This document shows, piece by piece, positions 57,348 through 64,000 of a stretch of DNA of 64,000 nucleotides. Position numbers and translations under genes: made by a program. The notes beneath the pieces were generated by a model. It saw nothing but the letters and a program-made list of their open reading frames with translations, was not told the origin of the DNA and searched no databases. The stretch is from a virus: the IMG/VR virus record IMGVR_UViG_2932987669_000002, positions 10,221 to 74,220 of that record, one strand, 5' to 3'. Each line of letters begins with the position of its first letter. Position 1 is the first letter of the stretch.

Positions 57348-58775
57348 ATGACCAAGGCCCGCTTGGACTACAGCCGCAGGGACTACGAATCGATTCGGCG
57401 CGACCTCATCGCCAAGATCCCGTTGCTGACCGATCAGTGGACCGACCACAACCCGAGCGACTTGGGCATGGTCCTGTTGGAGTTGTTCGCGGCGGTCGGT
57501 GACCTGCTTGCGCATCACCAAGATACAATTGCGGCCGAAACCTATCTGGCGACGGCCCAGGAACGTCAAAACCTCATCAACTTGTGTGCCCTGATCGGTT
57601 ACCGATTGGATCGGCCCGTTCCGGCTGCGACGGTGATTCAATTCGAAGTGGACGCCCCCCTGACGGAAGATCTCGCGATTCCGCGCGGCACGGCCTGCGT
57701 GGCCGCCGTACCCGACGAGAACGGAACGATTGAAGAAATCCCCTTCGTGACCTCCGAAAACGCGACCTTGGTGACCGGTGAACGCGTCGTTCAGGTGGCT
57801 GCAGTTCAAGGACGACTGTTCGAGGAGTCGTTCGCGGCGACTGGCGCGGCCTGGCAACAGTTCGAATTGCACGCCCACGACTTGGCTCAAGGGCACTTTC
57901 ACCTGTGGGTGGACGATGACCCCTGGTCGGAGGTGGCCCACTTCCAGGATGCCATTCATAGTTCACGTCAGTTCGTTCTGACCACCGACGGCGATGACCT
58001 CACGCGGGTGCGCTTTGGGGACGGCATTCGTGGCGCGATTCCCCAGGCTGGCCAAACCGTCAAGGTCACCTACCTGCGGACGCTCGGCACCCGTGGCAAT
58101 CTTGGCCCCCGGCTCATCAACCGCACCACCGAAACCTTCTACGCTGGCGGCTTGCCCATCCGTCTTCGGGTGACCAACCTGATTCCGGCCACCGGCGGCG
58201 CTAATCGGGAATCCATCGACCACGCCAGACTGCAAGCACCGGCCGAGCTTGAAGCACTGTGGCGCGGCGTCACCAAGGACAATTACCAAGCGCTTGTCGA
58301 GGGGTTCCCTGGTGTCGCCAAAGCCCAGGTGATCGACGTCAACGACTGCGCCAGCGTGCGATACTTCCAGGTCAACCTGGCCGTGGCGCCCAACGGCGGC
58401 GGCCATCCGTCCCCGCAATTGCTCCGCGACCTGCAAGGTTTCCTCGATGACCGCAAGGTGATTACCCAAGAGATCCGATTGTTCGATCCCGACTATGTGC
58501 CCATTGATGTGCACGTCCGCTGCACGCTCACATCGGAGACCAGCCAAGCCGAGTCTCGGCCCAATCTCGAACACGTCCTGGCCGACCACTTCGATTTCGA
58601 CCGTGTGGGCTTTGGCCAAACCATTTCGCCCTTGGATCTTCGCGCCAACCTGGAACGAGTGGCCGGCGTGGTCAGCGCCGTCGTGATCCAACCGGCCGCC
58701 GATCATCAGCTCGGCCTCGGTCAGATTCCTACCTTGGGAACCGTCCAGATTGATTTGGTGGGGGGCCGAACGTGA
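57348..58775 (+). CDS. Baseplate J-like protein
   Basis: DY..RDY..I, WTDHNPSDLGM.LLELFA, FGDG..G.IP, GG...ES. Confidence 0.92.
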   Translation: MTKARLDYSRRDYESIRRDLIAKIPLLTDQWTDHNPSDLGMVLLELFAAVGDLLAHHQDTIAAETYLATAQERQNLINLCALIGYRLDRPVPAATVIQFEVDAPLTEDLAIPRGTACVAAVPDENGTIEEIPFVTSENATLVTGERVVQVAAVQGRLFEESFAATGAAWQQFELHAHDLAQGHFHLWVDDDPWSEVAHFQDAIHSSRQFVLTTDGDDLTRVRFGDGIRGAIPQAGQTVKVTYLRTLGTRGNLGPRLINRTTETFYAGGLPIRLRVTNLIPATGGANRESIDHARLQAPAELEALWRGVTKDNYQALVEGFPGVAKAQVIDVNDCASVRYFQVNLAVAPNGGGHPSPQLLRDLQGFLDDRKVITQEIRLFDPDYVPIDVHVRCTLTSETSQAESRPNLEHVLADHFDFDRVGFGQTISPLDLRANLERVAGVVSAVVIQPAADHQLGLGQIPTLGTVQIDLVGGRT

Positions 58776-60310
58776 CCCGCTTCGATCTTATCCGCCTGCT
58801 TCCCGAGCTTTACCGAACCGCCGACGTCAATGGCGACCTGGCGCGTTTTCTCTCTCTTCCCGAATTGGAATTGAACGGCTTGGCGGCGTCCGCCGACCGT
58901 TTGCCGAGCCTGATCGACCTGGATCACATCGATCCTCGTTTCCTCGACCTGCTTGCCTCGCTCTCGGGAATCCGTCTGAATCCCGGCTGGGACTTGGACC
59001 TTCAACGCCTGACGATTCGTGACGCCGTGCCGAACTTTCGGCGGCGGGCCACGTTGCCGGCCCTGATACGGGACCTAACCCTTGCCGGTTGGGCTGGTGA
59101 CATCACCGAAACCTTCCGCGACACCCACCGCTTGAACCTACGCGCCGCCATCAACCAAGCCAAGTTGGCCGGCCGCATCAACAGTCTGGGCGTGTTCCGA
59201 GTTAGGAGTGACACCCAAATCGACAAGGTTCGGGACATCATCGAGCCCCATCATCCCGCCGGCACCGCGGTCTATTTTTGGCAATGGCTCTATGCCTGGG
59301 AAGATCCTGAACCTTTGGTGTTCGGCCACCTCAAGGCGTTCTTCGATCAGTTCTCGTTTTCCGATCTTTCCGGGATCTTCGATTTGAACACCAGTCCGGT
59401 CAACGGCACCCGCAAACTCACGCGGCGCAAATCGCGATTCGAGTTGATGGACGTGAGTGTCGGAACCACGCTTCGACCGGAGCCCTTGCCGTCGCCCACC
59501 TGTCTGGCCCAGTGGCACCGCCCGTTTCCAGGTCGGTTACGAACGAATCGACCATCACTGAACAGAACCAAGTTCACCAACACTTGGGTGAGCGAGCGAA
59601 AGGTGGTCGTCGAACATCTGTTTACCAGCCAGAACCGGGAACCGAAGTCGGGGAGGATCAATACATATATAAACGGTCCCCATCTTCCGCAGGCCGAACC
59701 GACCGAGCTGTTCAAGTTTCGGCAACGGGACCTGATCGATCTGCAGGTCATAGAACCCGAGCCGATCGATCCTGTTCGCGCACTGGTGTGCGCTTCCTGG
59801 AACCAACCGCGGGTTGGGTTCCACATGGGTCGGTCACGACTCAATCAATCCTCGCCTTTGGCCGGTCGCCTGCTTGGCGGTCATGCCCGTGCCCTGATGC
59901 TGGTCGCCGCTGCGACAACGTCCCCTGACCTGGCTGCCGGTCGCGTCGATCGATGGCAACGGCCGTCCCGGTTCTGGTCACTCGGGCATGCGGCCTTGAA
60001 CCAAAGTCCCCTCACCGATGCCCACGTGACTGATGACCGCTTGGCCCTGGAAGTGTTCGGGTCAACGAGCTGGCCGTCGCTGCCGTTCGCCCTGAACCGA
60101 GGCACACTCAACCATCGCGGCTTGCACCTGGCGACCGAGCCAACCACGCCGATTCGGCTGGGATGGGGCCGCCTAAACCAAGCCGGAATCCGGAGTGCCG
60201 AACAGGATTACCGCTGGCATGTCCGCCAGGATGACGAGAAGGACATCCTGACCCCGAATCTGGAAGTCGCTTCCACCCGTTTTGAAGTCACACGCTGGCC
60301 GGATCCTTAG
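58772..60310 (+). CDS. Baseplate/tail protein I (P2 gpI-like) with repeated extension
   Basis: LI.LLP.LY...D..G.L.RFL, D..FL..LA...G; repeated LN..L motifs. Confidence 0.8.
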   Translation: MTRFDLIRLLPELYRTADVNGDLARFLSLPELELNGLAASADRLPSLIDLDHIDPRFLDLLASLSGIRLNPGWDLDLQRLTIRDAVPNFRRRATLPALIRDLTLAGWAGDITETFRDTHRLNLRAAINQAKLAGRINSLGVFRVRSDTQIDKVRDIIEPHHPAGTAVYFWQWLYAWEDPEPLVFGHLKAFFDQFSFSDLSGIFDLNTSPVNGTRKLTRRKSRFELMDVSVGTTLRPEPLPSPTCLAQWHRPFPGRLRTNRPSLNRTKFTNTWVSERKVVVEHLFTSQNREPKSGRINTYINGPHLPQAEPTELFKFRQRDLIDLQVIEPEPIDPVRALVCASWNQPRVGFHMGRSRLNQSSPLAGRLLGGHARALMLVAAATTSPDLAAGRVDRWQRPSRFWSLGHAALNQSPLTDAHVTDDRLALEVFGSTSWPSLPFALNRGTLNHRGLHLATEPTTPIRLGWGRLNQAGIRSAEQDYRWHVRQDDEKDILTPNLEVASTRFEVTRWPDP

Positions 60311-60312
60311 CC

Positions 60313-60350
60313 GACAGATGGGCCCGCGCTCCGGTAGGTAGGAAAGGAAG
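60313..60350 (+). promoter_or_regulatory. Bipartite motif copy 8 (GACAG-N13-CCGGTAGGTAG-GAAAGGAAG)
   Basis: Exact spacing. Confidence 0.75.
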
Positions 60351-60391
60351 GCCGTGGTTTCGGCCAACTTTTCAGGAAAAGGGGGACGCGA

Positions 60392-60997
60392 ATGACCTTG
60401 CGCGTATTCCTCGACGCCGCGTTAACCAACCCCATCAGCGCGGATGGCGATTTCTCCAACCCGGACACCGGCACCTTCAACGGAACCGACGGAGATTCCA
60501 AGGACCGCCAATTGTGGATCGCCAACAGTCAGGCAGCACTTTCCGCGGCAGCCGATGCCAGCCAAACCCAGATCTCGCTGACCCGACCGGTCTTCGCCGA
60601 TGGCGATGTATTGGTCGTTGGTTTCGAACACCTGCGGGTGTTTTCTGGCGGCGGGACCGTAACCCTGACCGTCGAGCGCGGTTATGCGGGGTCAACCGCT
60701 GCCGAGCATATCGCCGATGCGGTGGTTTACAGTGCCCTGGATCATGGCGATGTGACCGTGTCGGTATACGATGCCGAAGGCTCCGACGAACGTCAATGGA
60801 TCCGCTTGGCCGTCGATCAGGCCGCATTGGACACGGCCACCGACGGTGCCTCGTTGGTTCTGGGTGCCAAGCCGCACGATCAGGTATTGACCTTTTGGCG
60901 GCGGGTCACCGTGCCGGCCGGAACCCCGGTACAAGCCAAGATCGATCTGGGCCTTGAAATCTCAGCCATCGAAAGCCCGGCCCAGGCAGGTGCGTGA
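60392..60997 (+). CDS. Hypothetical tail-associated protein
   Basis: GGGGGA RBS; 201 aa, beta-rich. Confidence 0.7.
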   Translation: MTLRVFLDAALTNPISADGDFSNPDTGTFNGTDGDSKDRQLWIANSQAALSAAADASQTQISLTRPVFADGDVLVVGFEHLRVFSGGGTVTLTVERGYAGSTAAEHIADAVVYSALDHGDVTVSVYDAEGSDERQWIRLAVDQAALDTATDGASLVLGAKPHDQVLTFWRRVTVPAGTPVQAKIDLGLEISAIESPAQAGA

Positions 60998-61983
60998 TGG
61001 CGTATCACAGCGCTTCTGGGACCGCGCCGAACAAGCCCGCCTTCTATGATGCCTTGAAATCGTTCGCCACTACCATCGGTTGGTCGACCATCGATGAAGA
61101 CACTTCGGGATCCGAGCCGTTCACGGTCTTTCAATCGCCTGGCGAATCGGGTCAATCTCGGCTTGTGGTTCAGGTGATCAACCGGGACCGGAATCACCAG
61201 ATCAGCGTGTACGGCTACCAAAGCTGGGACAGTGACACCCACGCAGGCGTCAACCAAGCGGGCTACTCGTCGGGTAGCTACGTGTATGTCAATGAGTCGA
61301 CCGATTCCCTGTACTGGTTGTTCGGCGACCTGGATCATTTGTTCACCGTCGTGAAAATCGGCGCCAACTATTTCGGATTCTATGCCGGCCTGATCAAAAG
61401 CTACTATCCCGCAGACACAACCCGATTGCTGGACCCCGTGCCCGCAGGCAATCACGTGACGGTGTCGGTGAATGACGCATCTCCCTTCGAGCCCGATCAA
61501 CACCTCATGATTTTGGACACGGCAAACGTCCAACGCACAAAACTGGTCTCGCTGGATACGGAAAACCAGCCTCATACCGTAACGCTCGAGAATCTATAGA
61601 CGCCCTTCCTGGCCGATTCGTTTCTCGGTACGGATCCACTCCCGCTCATTGTGGGGCGTCATTCGAACACGGCGATTTACGCCCTCAACCATTCGCAGGG
61701 GTACAGCGGCCCAACCTCCCAACAGGGATTGTTGACACCCGCGCATGGCGGCGACTGGGACAGTTATACGTCCCCCAATTCAAGAACGGGAAAAGCCGTC
61801 CTGTTCCCGATGTTCGCGGGCCACAACCAATCAGCGACCGGTGAACTCCGCGGCGAATTGATTGACGTGTTCGCGATGGGCGGCGAAGGACTCGACAGCG
61901 AAGATATCGTGGAAGTCGGCCAAGTCCAATACCGGGCCTTCAATTTGGCCTCGCTCGGTTGGGTCGCGGTGAGGCTGCAATGA
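60994..61983 (+). pseudogene. Tail-associated gene interrupted by one in-frame TAG (61597-61599)
   Basis: ORFs 60994..61599 and 61651..61983 share a frame, and the linker TPFLADSFLGTDPLPLI is open. Confidence 0.7.
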
Positions 61984-62091
61984 ACCATTCGGGCACCATC
62001 CTGATCATTGCGACCCAGTCGGGGCGAATCCGGCCGCAACCCAAACGCGGCCAAGTTCGATTCCCAGCCATCCGGATTCACGGGGCGCTCG

Positions 62092-62742
62092 ATGCCCATA
62101 CTCGGTGAGCGCCTAGACATCCACACCCGCGAAGGTGACATCAAGCCACAGTTCCGCGCCTCCACGTCGATTCTTCCGGCCCATCACTTTCGGTTGCAGG
62201 TGGAAGGCGCGCATGACGATTCGAATCAATCCCGACGTGCCGTTCGGCTTGCGTCTCGTTGGCGTGTCGCACAACAGGCCTCTTTACGGTCGCCGGTGCA
62301 CTACACGATCCAAACCTCGAGCACCAGGAACCTGGATCGCGTTTGGCGGATCAACGAGCGACGCATCTCGAAAACCTGTGGCCGCTGGATGCTTGCCGGT
62401 TCCATGAAACGACAGGTGCCGATAGCGATGCGCGTACTCGTAAAGCGACGTATTCGTGCCGCGCTCTTGATCCAAGTCGCACAGGATTCCGTTGATGTGC
62501 TCCGTGCCCGTTGGGTGATCGGATGGGGCACCCGACAACGAGGCTCGCATCGATGGCGTGTTGCCAACCGAACCAAACGACCCTTGGACCTTCACATGGG
62601 TATCGGGGCCGAAATGGCCTTGCGCCTCGCGGCGGACTTCCGGGTCGGCCTGGCTCGATCAGCCACCGCAACAACCAAGCAAGTCGTCTATGAAGTCGTG
62701 ATTTCCGAAACCCACGAAATCGACATTTCTGCCGACACCTGA
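62092..62742 (+). CDS. Arg-rich hypothetical protein (start uncertain; a 42-aa ORF 61980..62108 precedes it, possible frameshift)
   Basis: ORF 62008..62742; sits in operon position. Confidence 0.45.
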   Translation: MPILGERLDIHTREGDIKPQFRASTSILPAHHFRLQVEGAHDDSNQSRRAVRLASRWRVAQQASLRSPVHYTIQTSSTRNLDRVWRINERRISKTCGRWMLAGSMKRQVPIAMRVLVKRRIRAALLIQVAQDSVDVLRARWVIGWGTRQRGSHRWRVANRTKRPLDLHMGIGAEMALRLAADFRVGLARSATATTKQVVYEVVISETHEIDISADT

Positions 62743-62765
62743 CACGCATTTGCTTTAGGTAGATA
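62734..62765 (+). promoter_or_regulatory. Bipartite motif copy 9 (GACAC-N13-GCTTTAGGTAG)
   Basis: Shares TTGCTTTAGGTAGATA with copy 5. Confidence 0.65.
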
Positions 62766-62903
62766 TGGAAAGGGCGCGTTTCGACGATGTCCTAATTCGT
62801 TTCAAAGCAGGGCGGTGCGGAACGGACGTCACCCTGTTGGTTGCTGCATCGGACCAACCGGAGTGGCGTCCCTTCCCCGCCAAACATCCACGGAGGGGGC
62901 CAC

Positions 62904-63437
62904 ATGCCGCTAGGGGTCATCACGCGTTCCGGCCGGATCCTGACCGCCAAGCTGTTGAGGGGTGAGCCGGTCGAAGGCATCACCCATTGTGCCATCGGGG
63001 ATGGCAACGCGACGTTTTCGGATCCGCTTCATCCACCCGCGCCGAGCGTTGAGCAAACCGGTCTGATTCACGAGTGCGCCCGCAAGCGGTTTTACAAGCG
63101 GTCTTTTCTCGAGGAACACCAAGACGGTGCCTTGCTGGTCAACGGAACCCGCTACATCGAGACGCCGACCGAGACCCGAACCATCGGCGTGTTTTTCCGG
63201 TTCGAGGAAGCCGAAGCCAACGGGATCACGATCAAGGAATACGGGTTTTTCGGTGGAGACGTGGCCTACGTCGCGGACAACCAAACGGATTTCGCGGTGG
63301 ACGGCCGCTATCACGAAATCACGAACCCAACTGGCCAGGTCCTTCAATGGGGCTACCTCTACGAGGTCAAGAACATTCCCGACTTCAACAAAACCAATGA
63401 TACCCGCGTCGAATTCGTCGGCGTGTTCCGGTACTGA
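62904..63437 (+). CDS. Tail-collar / fibre-attachment-like protein
   Basis: GGAGGGGG RBS; IT.SG...AK...ITH.AIGDG, EANG.TIKEYG.FGG. Confidence 0.7.
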   Translation: MPLGVITRSGRILTAKLLRGEPVEGITHCAIGDGNATFSDPLHPPAPSVEQTGLIHECARKRFYKRSFLEEHQDGALLVNGTRYIETPTETRTIGVFFRFEEAEANGITIKEYGFFGGDVAYVADNQTDFAVDGRYHEITNPTGQVLQWGYLYEVKNIPDFNKTNDTRVEFVGVFRY

Positions 63438-63449
63438 TCGGAGGCTTCC

Positions 63450-64000
63450 TTGTCCATTTCCCGTGACACGTTCGACCCGCATAAGAACTACAAGCGCATT
63501 TCCTTCCACCAGGACCGCGACCTGTTGGACAGCGAACTGAACGAGCAACAGCACATCGCCATCCATGAGCGCACCAAGTTGTTCGATGCTGTGTTCCATG
63601 AGGGCTCGATTCTCAGCGGCTTCGAAGTCGTGAGGGCCGACCACATCTTGACCGTCGGCCCAGGCGTGACCTACATCGAAGGCCACATCGAACAGGTTCC
63701 AGGTGCCGTGCTGACCTTCGATCCTGCCAAGGACGATGGCGCCGATTACGTCTTCGTCGAGCTCCTCAAATACAACGTCGACCGCAACACCGACGCGACC
63801 CTCATCAACCCGGCCACGGGCGAGCCGACCGCCGAACGCGAACGCTGGGTGCTGCAGTTGACCCATGAGGACACGACGGCTGCACCGTTGCCGAACAACG
63901 TTACAGGCCGACGCGTGCTGCCCATTTACAAGTTCGACCGCGCCGACGGATCGGTCACGCCGATCGTCAAGTTCAAGAACAAGTTGGTGCTGGATGATTT
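63450..64000 (+). CDS. Tail fibre / receptor-binding protein N-terminus (DUF4815/DUF6519-like; runs off the right edge)
   Basis: TTG start after GGAGG; SRDTFDPHKNYKRISFHQDRDLLDSELNEQQ. Confidence 0.8.
   Translation, partial: MSISRDTFDPHKNYKRISFHQDRDLLDSELNEQQHIAIHERTKLFDAVFHEGSILSGFEVVRADHILTVGPGVTYIEGHIEQVPGAVLTFDPAKDDGADYVFVELLKYNVDRNTDATLINPATGEPTAERERWVLQLTHEDTTAAPLPNNVTGRRVLPIYKFDRADGSVTPIVKFKNKLVLDD

Larger units (their letters stand above)
25308..64000 (+). mobile_element. Myovirus-type prophage morphogenesis region with morons (continues past the right edge; the element probably also covers the left part of the window)
   Basis: Colinear terminase-portal-MuF-protease-capsid-neck-sheath-tube-tape measure-baseplate-fibre genes. 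Confidence 0.9.

Noticed and set aside
61597-61599. Element-wide TAG recoding (alternative genetic code)
   Set aside because: Other genes end properly at TAG (e.g. 60308-60310, 1141, 21980) and only one internal TAG was found.

Overview
The window is part of a large, probably decaying, prophage-like element in a GC-rich bacterium. 25.3-64 kb is a myovirus-type morphogenesis region in colinear order: small-terminase-like gene, intein-containing large terminase, portal, MuF head protein, protease/scaffold, capsid, neck, sheath, tube, chaperone, tape measure, baseplate, M15 lysin, spike, PAAR and tail-fibre genes. It is interrupted by several inserted cassettes (morons). 1-25 kb is accessory: a pentapeptide-repeat gene, a 4292-aa secreted Rhs/YD toxin with an AT-rich C-terminus and immunity gene, and duplicated or decayed hypothetical genes. 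It also holds a minus-strand unit in which four same-scaffold tRNA-like genes (anticodons CGG, an 8-nt loop, CTT, CAT) tightly sandwich an unannotated ~446-aa protein. A bipartite motif G(A/T)C(A/G)N-N13-(C/G/T)C(G/T)(G/T)TAGGTAG occurs 9 times in front of gene modules, including once at 2.1 kb, which links both ends of the window to one regulon. All calls come from reading the sequence and recalling protein motifs. No database searches were run.
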